A DNA stretch of 64,000 bases. Source: Escherichia coli (GTDB lineage Bacteria; Pseudomonadota; Gammaproteobacteria; Enterobacterales; Enterobacteriaceae). This document shows positions 1-9,922 of this stretch, piece after piece. The stretch is from assembly GCF_024502345.1 (NCBI RefSeq), contig NZ_JALDNN010000001.1; one strand, 5' to 3'. Position numbers and translations under genes: made by a program. Each line of letters begins with the position of its first letter. Position 1 is the stretch's first letter. A model generated the notes under the pieces. It did no database searches. It was not told the origin of the DNA and saw only the letters and a program-made list of their open reading frames with translations.

Positions 1-153
1 AAGTACAGTTTCAAAGGTAATGGCTGGAATAACGGCGTGGGAGTCAGTGCACAGTATAACAAACAGCACACATTCTACCTCGAAGCGGATTACACGCAGG
101 GTAACCTCTTTGATCAGAAGCAAGTCAACGGAGGATATCGCTTCAGCTTTTAA
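1..153 (+). CDS. ycgV: 3' end of an autotransporter-type outer membrane protein (partial, runs off the window start)
   Basis: Open frame from window start to the stop at 151-153; translation ends ...QVNGGYRFSF*, an aromatic-terminal beta-barrel signature; position next to dhaR matches the K-12 neighbour from memory. Confidence 0.5.
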   Translation, partial: KYSFKGNGWNNGVGVSAQYNKQHTFYLEADYTQGNLFDQKQVNGGYRFSF

Positions 154-252
154 GTGCGGGATAGACAAGCCCTTAAACGATGCTGAAAAATGTTAGCGTG
201 CGCCGGAATGAAATATAGATCACTCTGATGTATCAGAAATCGTCTCTGTCTT

Positions 253-2172
253 TCATACCCGGCGCTTAAACTGCCCTGCATCAATGCCATGTTGCTTCAT
301 TTTCCGCCACAGCGTAGTGCGGCCGATTCCAAGTAAAGCCGACATTTCCTGAATGCGACCGCCTGTGACCTGGGCTGCGTTAATAATTGCCTCTTTTTCA
401 ACTTCCGCAAATGACAGACTGGTGGAAAGGCGTGTGGCGCTGACATCATCTGTCGCCTGCTCGGTAAACAGATGTTCCGGCAAATCACTGACGCGAATGC
501 GCCCATTATCACTACTCAGAGCAAGATTCTCGATGACGCTGTAAAGTTCAAAATCGTTGCCAGGCCATGCACAAGAAACCAGGCGAGCGAGGGCATCGTC
601 ATCAATTTTCAGCCGCGTAGAGAAGCGTTTTTCAAGACTGCGTAATTTGTTATTCACCAACGCCGGAATGCTGCCACGCCGCATACGCAGAGGCGGGATG
701 GTAATTTCAAATGCATGCAGCGCGTAATACAGCTGGCGACTAAAACGATTTTGTTCCACCAGCATTGCGAGGTCCGCGGTCGTTGTGGCAATCACTTTGA
801 CATCAATTGGTATTAAACGCCGCGCATCCAGTCGCGTGATAACACCCTGCTTGATAACCTGAAGCAAAGCAGACTGTAACTCCACCGCCAGATGTTCAAT
901 CTTTTCAAGAAACAGCGTGCCACCGTGCGCCAGTTCCAGCCGACTCAGACGGCCATTTTCATTGTCCGTGCGATCGCCGCCAATAAATTCTTCCGCCAGC
1001 GCCGCATCACCATATAACTCACAATTGACGGCGATATAAGGACCTGCAGCACGCTCGCTTTCATTATGAATTGCCTGACTTAGCAGTGCCTTGCCCACGC
1101 CCTCTTCTCCACAGAGCAGGACAGGAAAGCTACTGCGCGCCGCCTGGCGACCAAAATGAATCAAGCGGCGGGTTTGCGGATCGTCCTGTGGCATATGAGC
1201 GAAGGTATGGCTGACTTTTCCTAATTGACTGGTCATTAACTGCCGCATCTGTTCCACAGGATGGAGCAACAAAATAAAGCTGGTTCCCTGCGTTTCTATT
1301 ATCGGTTTAAGGGTTATCACCGCATCAATAAACTGGTGCTGGCTTTCAAAGGTTGCTTCTACGTGTTTGAGCGGATGTGCCTGTTTTATTGCTTGTTGCA
1401 ATACGGCGGGTAACGTTAAGAGTTCAGTGATTGCCCGTCCCTGACTTGCCGTCGCGTCAAGGCGCAAGACCCGCGCCGCCTGGGCATTAATAAATTGCAA
1501 ATTACCCTGCTCGTCCCAGCTAATCACGCCATCATCCATACTTTCTAACAGGGCATTAAGTTGATTTAAATGACGGTTAGTTTCAGCGAGCAAACTGTCC
1601 GTCAGCAGTAAATTACCGACCTCGCGGGCGATTGCCAACGTCAACGGCAAATCAGCTGCGGTAGTTTGCTCAACCGGACACGCCAGCGCTATTGTTCCCG
1701 TCAATCGGCCCTTGCTGTCAAACAACGGCGTTGCACAAAAGGCCCAGTTCCAGAGTGCCTGTTTGAAATGTTGATCGGCCATCGTTTTCACGGCCTGACC
1801 AGAGATAGCCGCTAACGATAGCGCACAAGTACCAATAATTCCCTCGGCGCAATACGTGCCGTCATTGAATCCCAGTGCACTTAGCTGCTGCAAGGTTTGC
1901 GGATCGCCATTACGGCTGAGAATGCAGGCGGTTTCATCGAGAATAAACAGCGCACACTCTCGCGGTGCCATATATTCCCAGGCATCTTCCAGCGCAGCCT
2001 GCCCGAGCGTCAGCATCGCTTTCTTACGCCGATAAATAGAAGCAAATGTCACGCCCTGGGCCTGATGTGGTACGTTCCATGTCTCCCGTTTCATCAGCTT
2101 ATTGCATCGCTCCCAGGAGGTTGCAATTAAGGGAGATATGCCCCGACCATCGTTGTTAAAAGCGCCACTCAT
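253..2172 (-). CDS. dhaR: DhaR, sigma54-independent PAS/AAA+ transcriptional activator of the dihydroxyacetone kinase operon
   Basis: 642-aa ORF in track; AAA+ core and C-terminal HTH; matches remembered DhaR; start trimmed to the internal Met (MSGAFNND) giving 639 aa. Confidence 0.9.
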   Translation of the reverse strand: MSGAFNNDGRGISPLIATSWERCNKLMKRETWNVPHQAQGVTFASIYRRKKAMLTLGQAALEDAWEYMAPRECALFILDETACILSRNGDPQTLQQLSALGFNDGTYCAEGIIGTCALSLAAISGQAVKTMADQHFKQALWNWAFCATPLFDSKGRLTGTIALACPVEQTTAADLPLTLAIAREVGNLLLTDSLLAETNRHLNQLNALLESMDDGVISWDEQGNLQFINAQAARVLRLDATASQGRAITELLTLPAVLQQAIKQAHPLKHVEATFESQHQFIDAVITLKPIIETQGTSFILLLHPVEQMRQLMTSQLGKVSHTFAHMPQDDPQTRRLIHFGRQAARSSFPVLLCGEEGVGKALLSQAIHNESERAAGPYIAVNCELYGDAALAEEFIGGDRTDNENGRLSRLELAHGGTLFLEKIEHLAVELQSALLQVIKQGVITRLDARRLIPIDVKVIATTTADLAMLVEQNRFSRQLYYALHAFEITIPPLRMRRGSIPALVNNKLRSLEKRFSTRLKIDDDALARLVSCAWPGNDFELYSVIENLALSSDNGRIRVSDLPEHLFTEQATDDVSATRLSTSLSFAEVEKEAIINAAQVTGGRIQEMSALLGIGRTTLWRKMKQHGIDAGQFKRRV

Positions 2173-2265
2173 ATCCCGCATCCCTTATGACAAAAGGTGT
2201 TCCGGCTCGCAATTTTAAGTATTAATACACGTAAAAGTTTCAATATGGAACATTCATTAAAGCAT

Positions 2266-2284
2266 ATGTTTCACTATGAAACAT
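2266..2284. promoter_or_regulatory. Perfect inverted repeat ATGTTTCA-cta-TGAAACAT in the dhaR/dhaK divergent intergenic region; candidate DhaR operator
   Basis: 8-bp arms with 3-bp spacer read directly from the sequence, about 115 bp upstream of the dhaK start. Confidence 0.4.
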
Positions 2285-2399
2285 AATTTGGGCTAATTTT
2301 CTTTTCCCTTGCCTGATGCACAATGGATTCATCGGCAGTCAGTGGTCGCCGTGTCGTTGAACATCATCCATGCCCTACCGTAATTGCTGGAGCAAAATA

Positions 2400-3470
2400 A
2401 TGAAAAAATTGATCAATGATGTGCAAGACGTACTGGACGAACAACTGGCAGGACTGGCGAAAGCGCATCCATCGCTGACACTGCATCAGGATCCGGTGTA
2501 TGTCACCCGAGCTGATGCCCCTGTTGCAGGAAAAGTCGCCCTGCTGTCGGGTGGCGGCAGCGGACACGAGCCGATGCACTGTGGTTATATCGGTCAGGGG
2601 ATGCTTTCGGGGGCCTGTCCGGGCGAAATTTTCACCTCACCGACGCCCGATAAAATCTTTGAATGCGCCATGCAAGTTGATGGCGGCGAAGGTGTACTGT
2701 TGATTATCAAAAATTACACCGGCGATATTCTTAACTTCGAAACAGCAACCGAGTTACTGCACGATAGCGGCGTAAAAGTGACCACTGTGGTCATTGATGA
2801 CGACGTTGCAGTAAAAGACAGTCTTTATACCGCCGGGCGGCGCGGCGTTGCCAACACCGTATTAATTGAAAAACTCGTAGGCGCAGCGGCGGAGCGTGGC
2901 GACTCACTGGACGCCTGTGCGGAACTGGGGCGTAAGTTGAATAATCAAGGCCACTCAATAGGTATCGCTCTCGGTGCCTGTACCGTTCCTGCCTCGGGCA
3001 AACCTTCTTTTACCCTGGCGGACAATGAGATGGAGTTTGGCGTCGGCATTCATGGTGAGCCGGGTATTGACCGCCGCCCCTTCTCTTCCCTTGATCAAAC
3101 CGTCGATGAAATGTTCGACACCCTGCTGGAAAATGGCTCATACCATCGCACTTTGCGTTTCTGGGATTATCAACAAGGCAGCTGGCAGGAAGAACCACAA
3201 ACCAAACAACCGCTCCAGTCTGGCGACAGGGTGATTGCACTGGTTAACAATCTTGGCGCAACTCCGCTTTCTGAGCTGTACGGCGTCTATAACCGCCTGA
3301 CCACACGTTGCCAGCAAGCGGGATTGACTATCGAGCGTAATTTAATTGGCGCGTACTGCACCTCACTGGATATGACCGGTTTCTCAATCACCTTACTGAA
3401 AGTTGATGACGAAACGCTGGCACTCTGGGACGCCCCGGTCCACACCCCGGCCCTTAACTGGGGTAAATAA
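2400..3470 (+). CDS. dhaK: Dihydroxyacetone kinase, DHA-binding subunit DhaK
   Basis: Translation MKKLINDVQDVLDEQLAGL... matches remembered DhaK (356 aa); start moved from the track ORF to the internal Met. Confidence 0.95.
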   Translation: MKKLINDVQDVLDEQLAGLAKAHPSLTLHQDPVYVTRADAPVAGKVALLSGGGSGHEPMHCGYIGQGMLSGACPGEIFTSPTPDKIFECAMQVDGGEGVLLIIKNYTGDILNFETATELLHDSGVKVTTVVIDDDVAVKDSLYTAGRRGVANTVLIEKLVGAAAERGDSLDACAELGRKLNNQGHSIGIALGACTVPASGKPSFTLADNEMEFGVGIHGEPGIDRRPFSSLDQTVDEMFDTLLENGSYHRTLRFWDYQQGSWQEEPQTKQPLQSGDRVIALVNNLGATPLSELYGVYNRLTTRCQQAGLTIERNLIGAYCTSLDMTGFSITLLKVDDETLALWDAPVHTPALNWGK

Positions 3471-3480
3471 GGAGAAAGCA

Positions 3481-4113
3481 ATGTCACTGAGCAGAACTCA
3501 AATTGTTAACTGGCTCACTCGTTGTGGCGATATTTTCAACACCGAGAGCGAGTATCTTACCGGACTGGATCGCGAGATTGGCGACGCTGACCACGGGCTA
3601 AATATGAACCGAGGCTTTAGCAAAGTGGTGGAAAAACTCCCTGCTATCGCAGATAAAGATATCGGTTTCATTCTCAAGAATACCGGTATGACGCTGCTTT
3701 CCAGCGTCGGTGGTGCCAGTGGTCCGCTATTCGGTACCTTCTTTATACGCGCCGCACAGGCGACCCAGGCACGGCAAAGCCTGACGCTGGAAGAGCTTTA
3801 TCAGATGTTCCGCGATGGCGCGGACGGCGTAATCAGTCGCGGGAAAGCCGAACCTGGCGATAAAACCATGTGTGATGTGTGGGTGCCGGTGGTGGAATCG
3901 TTACGTCAGTCCAGCGAGCAAAATCTCTCTGTTCCGGCGGCGCTCGAAGCTGCCAGTAGCATCGCCGAATCCGCTGCACAAAGTACGATTACGATGCAAG
4001 CCCGCAAAGGCCGCGCCAGTTATCTCGGTGAACGCAGTATTGGTCACCAGGATCCCGGCGCGACCTCGGTGATGTTTATGATGCAAATGTTGGCGTTAGC
4101 CGCAAAAGAGTAA
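3481..4113 (+). CDS. dhaL: Dihydroxyacetone kinase, ADP-binding subunit DhaL
   Basis: MSLSRTQIVNWLTRCGDIF... 210 aa; GGAG Shine-Dalgarno just upstream (taaggagaaagcaATG). Confidence 0.95.
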   Translation: MSLSRTQIVNWLTRCGDIFNTESEYLTGLDREIGDADHGLNMNRGFSKVVEKLPAIADKDIGFILKNTGMTLLSSVGGASGPLFGTFFIRAAQATQARQSLTLEELYQMFRDGADGVISRGKAEPGDKTMCDVWVPVVESLRQSSEQNLSVPAALEAASSIAESAAQSTITMQARKGRASYLGERSIGHQDPGATSVMFMMQMLALAAKE

Positions 4114-4117
4114 GGAA

Positions 4118-5542
4118 TTGGTGATGGTAAACCTGGTCATAGTTTCACATAGCAGCCGACTGGGAGAAGGTGTCGGTGAATTAGCCCGTCAGATGTTAAT
4201 GAGTGATAATTGTAAAATCGCCATTGCTGCGGGAATTGACGATCCACAAAATCCCATTGGTACCGATGCCGTCAAAGTGATGGAGGCCATCGAATCTGTT
4301 GCCGATGCCGACCATGTGCTGGTCATGATGGATATGGGTAGCGCATTATTGAGTGCTGAAACTGCGCTGGAATTGCTGGCTCCCGAGATCGCCGCAAAAG
4401 TACGTTTGTGTGCTGCGCCGTTGGTCGAAGGTACACTGGCAGCAACGGTCAGCGCGGCCTCGGGTGCGGATATCGACAAAGTTATCTTTGACGCCATGCA
4501 TGCGCTGGAAGCCAAACGTGAACAACTGGGTTTACCGTCCTCCGACACTGAAATCTCTGACTCATGTCCTGCGTACGATGAAGAAGCCCGTTCTCTGGCG
4601 GTGGTCATAAAGAACCGTAACGGCCTGCATGTACGTCCAGCCTCCCGGCTGGTTTATACCTTATCGACATTTAATGCCGATATGTTGCTGGAGAAAAACG
4701 GCAAATGCGTCACACCGGAGAGTATTAACCAGATTGCGTTACTACAAGTTCGCTATAACGATACGCTGCGCCTGATTGCGAAAGGGCCAGAAGCTGAAGA
4801 GGCACTGATCGCTTTCCGTCAGCTGGCTGAAGATAACTTTGGTGAAACGGAGGAAGTTGCTCCACCTACTCTGCGTCCCGTTCCGCCTGTTTCGGGTAAA
4901 GCCTTTTATTATCAACCGGTTTTATGTACGGTACAGGCCAAATCAACCCTGACCGTGGAAGAAGAACAAGAACGATTACGCCAGGCCATTGACTTCACGT
5001 TATTAGATCTGATGACGTTAACAGCGAAAGCAGAAGCCAGCGGGCTTGACGATATTGCCGCAATCTTTTCTGGTCACCATACACTGTTAGATGATCCGGA
5101 ACTGCTGGCGGCGGCAAGCGAACTCCTTCAGCACGAACATTGCACGGCAGAATATGCCTGGCAGCAAGTTCTTAAAGAACTTAGCCAGCAATACCAGCAA
5201 CTGGATGATGAATATCTACAAGCTCGCTATATTGATGTGGACGATCTTCTGCATCGCACCCTGGTCCACCTGACCCAAACGAAAGAAGAACTCCCGCAGT
5301 TTAACTCGCCAACTATTCTACTGGCGGAGAACATTTATCCCTCCGCAGTACTGCAACTGGATCCGGCGGTTGTAAAAGGTATCTGCCTTAGCGCCGGAAG
5401 TCCGGTATCCCACAGCGCCCTGATCGCCCGTGAACTGGGGATTGGCTGGATTTGCCAGCAGGGTGAGAAACTGTATGCGATACAACCAGAAGAAAAGCTA
5501 ACGCTGGACGTTAAAACGCAACGTTTCAACCATCAGAGTTAA
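4118..5542 (+). CDS. dhaM: Dihydroxyacetone kinase phosphotransfer subunit DhaM (EIIA/HPr/EI-like)
   Basis: 474-aa ORF, MVNLVIVSHSSRLGEG...; start could be 4118 or 4124. Confidence 0.9.
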   Translation: MVMVNLVIVSHSSRLGEGVGELARQMLMSDNCKIAIAAGIDDPQNPIGTDAVKVMEAIESVADADHVLVMMDMGSALLSAETALELLAPEIAAKVRLCAAPLVEGTLAATVSAASGADIDKVIFDAMHALEAKREQLGLPSSDTEISDSCPAYDEEARSLAVVIKNRNGLHVRPASRLVYTLSTFNADMLLEKNGKCVTPESINQIALLQVRYNDTLRLIAKGPEAEEALIAFRQLAEDNFGETEEVAPPTLRPVPPVSGKAFYYQPVLCTVQAKSTLTVEEEQERLRQAIDFTLLDLMTLTAKAEASGLDDIAAIFSGHHTLLDDPELLAAASELLQHEHCTAEYAWQQVLKELSQQYQQLDDEYLQARYIDVDDLLHRTLVHLTQTKEELPQFNSPTILLAENIYPSAVLQLDPAVVKGICLSAGSPVSHSALIARELGIGWICQQGEKLYAIQPEEKLTLDVKTQRFNHQS

Positions 5543-5861
5543 ACCACCGTTCGGATGGCATCGTTCTGATGTCGTCCGGCAATTTACTCAGCACTAATGG
5601 TTTTTAACTACCTGTTATATTTTTCACCAATTTATGATGATTTTTCTTCGCTAATCACGAACCCAACGCCGCTGGCTGGCTAATAAACAGACGTTATTTG
5701 ATCACTCTTTTTCGCCGTTATTTATCCCTTTAATTCCCTTTTCTAAAATGCCTGACAGTTCGCAGAATGAGATTTCGATCATGCAGCTAGTGCGATCCTG
5801 AACTAAGGTTTTCTGATACTTGAATACCGTTTTATTCGGTTTCGCCTAAGGAGAATGATTG

Positions 5862-7559
5862 ATGAAATCCCCCGCACCTTCTCGCCCGCAAAAAATGGCG
5901 TTAATTCCAGCCTGCATCTTTTTGTGTTTCGCTGCGCTATCGGTGCAGGCAGAAGAAACACCGGTAACGCCACAGCCGCCTGATATTTTATTAGGGCCGC
6001 TGTTTAATGATGTGCAAAACGCCAAGCTTTTTCCGGACCAAAAAACCTTTGCCGATGCCGTGCCGAACAGCGATCCGCTGATGATCCTTGCTGATTATCG
6101 GATGCAGCAAAACCAGAGCGGATTTGATCTGCGCCATTTCGTTAACGTCAATTTCACCCTGCCGAAAGAGGGCGAGAAATATGTTCCGCCAGAGGGGCAG
6201 TCACTGCGCGAACATATTGACGGACTTTGGCCGGTATTAACGCGTTCTACCGAAAACACCGAAAAATGGGATTCTCTGTTACCGCTGCCGGAACCTTATG
6301 TCGTGCCAGGCGGACGTTTTCGCGAGGTATATTACTGGGACAGTTACTTCACCATGTTAGGACTTGCCGAAAGCGGTCACTGGGATAAAGTCGCGGATAT
6401 GGTGGCCAATTTTGCTCATGAAATAGACACTTACGGTCATATTCCCAACGGCAACCGCAGTTACTATTTAAGCCGCTCGCAACCGCCCTTCTTTGCCCTG
6501 ATGGTAGAGTTACTGGCGCAGCATGAAGGCGATGCCGCGTTGAAGCAATACCTGCCGCAAATGCAAAAAGAATATGCTTACTGGATGGACGGTGTTGAAA
6601 ACCTGCAAGCCGGACAACAGGAAAAACGCGTTGTAAAACTTCAGGATGGTACCCTTCTCAACCGCTACTGGGACGATCGCGATACGCCACGACCAGAGTC
6701 ATGGGTGGAAGATATTGCCACCGCCAAAAGCAATCCGAATCGACCTGCCACTGAAATTTACCGCGACTTGCGCTCTGCCGCTGCGTCTGGCTGGGATTTC
6801 AGCTCGCGCTGGATGGACAACCCGCAGCAGTTAAATACCATACGCACCACCAGCATCGTACCGGTCGATCTGAACAGCCTGATGTTTAAAATGGAAAAAA
6901 TTCTCGCCCGCGCCAGCAAAGTTGCCGGAGATAACGCGATGGCAAACCAGTACGAAACGCTGGCAAATGCCCGTCAAAAAGGGATCGAAAAATACCTGTG
7001 GAACGATCAACAAGGCTGGTATGCCGATTACGACCTGAAAAGTCATAAAGTGCGCAATCAGTTAACCGCTGCCGCCCTGTTCCCGCTGTACGTCAATGCG
7101 GCAGCGAAAGATCGCGCCAGCAAAATGGCGACGGCGACGAAAACACATCTGCTGCAACCCGGCGGCCTGAACACCACGTCGGTGAAAAGTGGGCAACAAT
7201 GGGATGCGCCAAATGGTTGGGCACCGTTGCAGTGGATCGCGACAGAAGGATTACAAAACTACGGGCAAAAAGAGGTGGCGATGGACATTAGCTGGCACTT
7301 CCTGACCAATGTTCAGCACACCTATGACCGCGAGAAAAAGCTGGTGGAAAAGTATGATGTCAGCACCACCGGAACGGGGGGCGGCGGTGGCGAATATCCA
7401 TTACAGGATGGCTTTGGCTGGACCAATGGCGTGACGCTGAAAATGCTGGATTTGATCTGCCCGAAAGAGCAACCGTGTGACAATGTTCCGGCGACGCGTC
7501 CACTCAGTGAATCAACAACACAGCCGGTAAAACAAAAAGAGGCGGAACCTACGCCTTAA
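5862..7559 (+). CDS. treA: Periplasmic trehalase TreA
   Basis: 565 aa from [11 protein letters not shown]..., signal peptide plus glycoside hydrolase 37 body; matches remembered TreA except a slightly different C-terminal tail. Confidence 0.95.
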   Translation: MKSPAPSRPQKMALIPACIFLCFAALSVQAEETPVTPQPPDILLGPLFNDVQNAKLFPDQKTFADAVPNSDPLMILADYRMQQNQSGFDLRHFVNVNFTLPKEGEKYVPPEGQSLREHIDGLWPVLTRSTENTEKWDSLLPLPEPYVVPGGRFREVYYWDSYFTMLGLAESGHWDKVADMVANFAHEIDTYGHIPNGNRSYYLSRSQPPFFALMVELLAQHEGDAALKQYLPQMQKEYAYWMDGVENLQAGQQEKRVVKLQDGTLLNRYWDDRDTPRPESWVEDIATAKSNPNRPATEIYRDLRSAAASGWDFSSRWMDNPQQLNTIRTTSIVPVDLNSLMFKMEKILARASKVAGDNAMANQYETLANARQKGIEKYLWNDQQGWYADYDLKSHKVRNQLTAAALFPLYVNAAAKDRASKMATATKTHLLQPGGLNTTSVKSGQQWDAPNGWAPLQWIATEGLQNYGQKEVAMDISWHFLTNVQHTYDREKKLVEKYDVSTTGTGGGGGEYPLQDGFGWTNGVTLKMLDLICPKEQPCDNVPATRPLSESTTQPVKQKEAEPTP

Positions 7560-7588
7560 CTTTGCTGTATATCGAGGCTGTATATCGA

Positions 7589-7629
7589 GCAATGCCATTA
7601 TGTGCATAAAATTGGCATTGCTCTTTTTT
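7589..7629 (+). terminator. Rho-independent terminator downstream of treA
   Basis: Stem GCAATGCCA / TGGCATTGC with a 15-nt loop followed by TCTTTTTT. Confidence 0.55.
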
Positions 7630-7853
7630 CGCCACGAAATGCCCCCCACTCTACGGTCTATGCCTTTATTTTCTTTTATTAGAGAAGATTTTAATTTTAT
7701 TTTATCAATTTGTTAATCATTACACCTCTATTTATATTTTTCGCCACTCCGCCATTCTCCCTGACAATTTTCTTGTGGAACAAAGTGTTATTTAAGCAAC
7801 AAGCAAATCACTCTGTCTCTTTAGACAAATTTTGACATCAAACATGATTTTTT

Positions 7854-7877
7854 CGATATATATGTAAATATATAGCG
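7854..7877. promoter_or_regulatory. AT-rich dyad CGATATAT-atgtaa-ATATATAGCG, candidate ModE-type (molybdate-responsive) operator 25-48 bp upstream of the accessory operon start
   Basis: Contains TATAT-N7-TATAT flanked by CG; 20 of 24 positions self-complementary; resembles the ModE operator consensus as I recall it. Confidence 0.35.
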
Positions 7878-7901
7878 GTTTTAATTATCAGGATATAACT
7901 T

Positions 7902-8924
7902 ATGTCACTAACCAGACGGAGGTTTACACAGATTCTTGCGTCGACGTTGTTCCTGCATCATCTGCCTTCTTTTGCACAATCAGTCAAATTCTGGGCCTCA
8001 CTGACGCTTCCCGAAGCCCAAAACATTACACGCATCGTCAGCGCAGGTGCGCCCGCCGATTTGCTATTGCTGGCTGTCGCGCCAGAAAAAATGGTCGGTT
8101 TTTCCTCTTTTGATTTTGCCCGTCAGGCATTAATTCCATTGCCAGAGCACATTCGCCAGTTACCCAGGCTGGGACGACTCGCCGGGCGCGCCAGCACACT
8201 CTCGCTGGAAGGGCTTATGGCGTTACATCCCGATTTGGTCGTTGATTGCGGCAATACGGATGAAACCTGGATCTCCCAGGCACGGCAGGTTAGCGAACAG
8301 ACACAAATACCCTGGTTATTGCTTAACGGGAAACTGGCGCAATCAGCAGAACAGTTAACAACGCTTGGCAAAACGTTAGGCGAAGAGCATCGCGCCGCAG
8401 AACAAGCCAATCTCGCCAGCCGCTTCGTTGGTGAAGCTCAGGCATTCGCCGCCTCACCCGCCGCTAACCTCCGCTTTTATGCTGCGCGCGGTCCTCGAGG
8501 GCTGGAAACGGGCTTAAAGGGTTCGTTGCATACCGAGGCGGCGGAATTATTAGGTTTGCACAACGTCGCGCAAATAGCCGATCGCCACGGCCTGACACAG
8601 GTTTCCATGGAAAATCTCCTGCGCTGGCAGCCGGATATTATTCTGGTTCAGGAGGCCGTTACTGCAGATTTTATTCGTCGTGATCCTCTCTGGCATGGCG
8701 TGAAAGCCGTTGCGGAACAACGCATCTTATTTTTAAGTGGCTTGCCCTTTGGCTGGCTGGATGCCCCACCGGGAATCAACCGTCTTCTGGGATTACGCAG
8801 ACTTCACGCCTGGCTGGATCCCGCCATCAATCGCCAGTTTAAAAGTGACATGCAGCATTACGCCCAACTGTTCTGGCATTGTTCACTCAGTGACGCCGAC
8901 TATCAAAAATTGGTGGCGAGCTAA
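7902..8924 (+). CDS. Periplasmic substrate-binding protein, FecB/BtuF-like (class III), with twin-arginine-like N-terminus
   Basis: 340 aa; N-terminus MSLTRRRFTQILASTLFL... (RRxF Tat-like motif followed by hydrophobic stretch); first gene of a tightly packed operon. Confidence 0.8.
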   Translation: MSLTRRRFTQILASTLFLHHLPSFAQSVKFWASLTLPEAQNITRIVSAGAPADLLLLAVAPEKMVGFSSFDFARQALIPLPEHIRQLPRLGRLAGRASTLSLEGLMALHPDLVVDCGNTDETWISQARQVSEQTQIPWLLLNGKLAQSAEQLTTLGKTLGEEHRAAEQANLASRFVGEAQAFAASPAANLRFYAARGPRGLETGLKGSLHTEAAELLGLHNVAQIADRHGLTQVSMENLLRWQPDIILVQEAVTADFIRRDPLWHGVKAVAEQRILFLSGLPFGWLDAPPGINRLLGLRRLHAWLDPAINRQFKSDMQHYAQLFWHCSLSDADYQKLVAS

Positions 8925-9922
8925 TGAGAATCGTAAACGGATGTATTTTGCTGCTGGCAGCTATCAGTATCACTTTTGCCGCCGTAAGTGGGGCTTATCA
9001 TCTCGATATGCAGCAACTGCTGGCGCTAATTCTTCGTCAAGAAAATGTTCCTGTGCAGGAACAAATTGTCTTCTGGCAAATCCGCGTGCCGCGTATTCTT
9101 GCTGCGCTGTTACTGGGCGCGGCGCTGTTACTGGGCGCGGCGCTGGCAGGAGCCGGAACCACTTATCAGGGAATGTTGCGTAATCCCTTAGTTTCACCGG
9201 ATATTTTAGGCGTCTCCGCCGGTGCCGGACTTGGTGCCTGCGCGGCAATCCTGTGGGGATTATCCATTGTTTACATCCAGCTGTACGCATTTTGCGGCGG
9301 GCTGATGGTGGTCGCGGGCGTCTGGTTGATTACGCGTCGGGTGACCCGCCACGATCCGATCTTAACCCTGGTGCTGGTAGGCATTGCGTTAGGAACGTTG
9401 TGCGGAGCGGGGATATCGCTAATTAAAACGCTGGCCGATCCTTACACCCAGTTACCGTCAATTACCTTCTGGTTGCTGGGGGGACTGTCCACCGTGACCT
9501 TACGCGATCTCTGCTATGCTGCACCGATCATTCTCATTGGCTCCTTGCCCCTGTTTTTTCTCCGCTGGCGCATGAATTTACTCACGCTTTCCGACGACGA
9601 AGCCCGTTCGCTGGGACTGAACGTGACGCGTCTGCGCTTTGGATTGATTGTCTGCGCCACACTAATCACCGCCAGTACGGTAGCAATAGCGGGCATAATT
9701 GGTTGGGTCGGCCTGGTCGTTCCGCACATTGCCCGCTTGTTGACCGGTCATAACCATCAGCAGCTGTTGCCCATGGCAATGTGTACTGGCGCGATTCTGC
9801 TCCTGCTGACCGATACGCTGGCACGCAGCATTGGAACAACAGAAATCCCACTTGGCATTCTGACCGCTTTTGTTGGCGCACCGTTTTTCCTGCTTTTGTT
9901 GTTACGCGGAGGTCGCCAGTGA
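8924..9922 (+). CDS. ABC transporter permease, FecCD/BtuC family
   Basis: 332 aa, highly hydrophobic multi-TM protein; start overlaps the upstream stop (ATGA-type junction). Confidence 0.85.
   Translation: MRIVNGCILLLAAISITFAAVSGAYHLDMQQLLALILRQENVPVQEQIVFWQIRVPRILAALLLGAALLLGAALAGAGTTYQGMLRNPLVSPDILGVSAGAGLGACAAILWGLSIVYIQLYAFCGGLMVVAGVWLITRRVTRHDPILTLVLVGIALGTLCGAGISLIKTLADPYTQLPSITFWLLGGLSTVTLRDLCYAAPIILIGSLPLFFLRWRMNLLTLSDDEARSLGLNVTRLRFGLIVCATLITASTVAIAGIIGWVGLVVPHIARLLTGHNHQQLLPMAMCTGAILLLLTDTLARSIGTTEIPLGILTAFVGAPFFLLLLLRGGRQ

Noticed and set aside
7706-7724. Fur-box-like sequence (caatttgtTAATCATTAca) upstream of the accessory operon
   Set aside because: Only about 12 of 19 positions match the Fur consensus, it lies in very AT-rich DNA where such matches are common, and it sits about 180 bp upstream of the start codon. 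Iron regulation is kept as an untested alternative, not a call.
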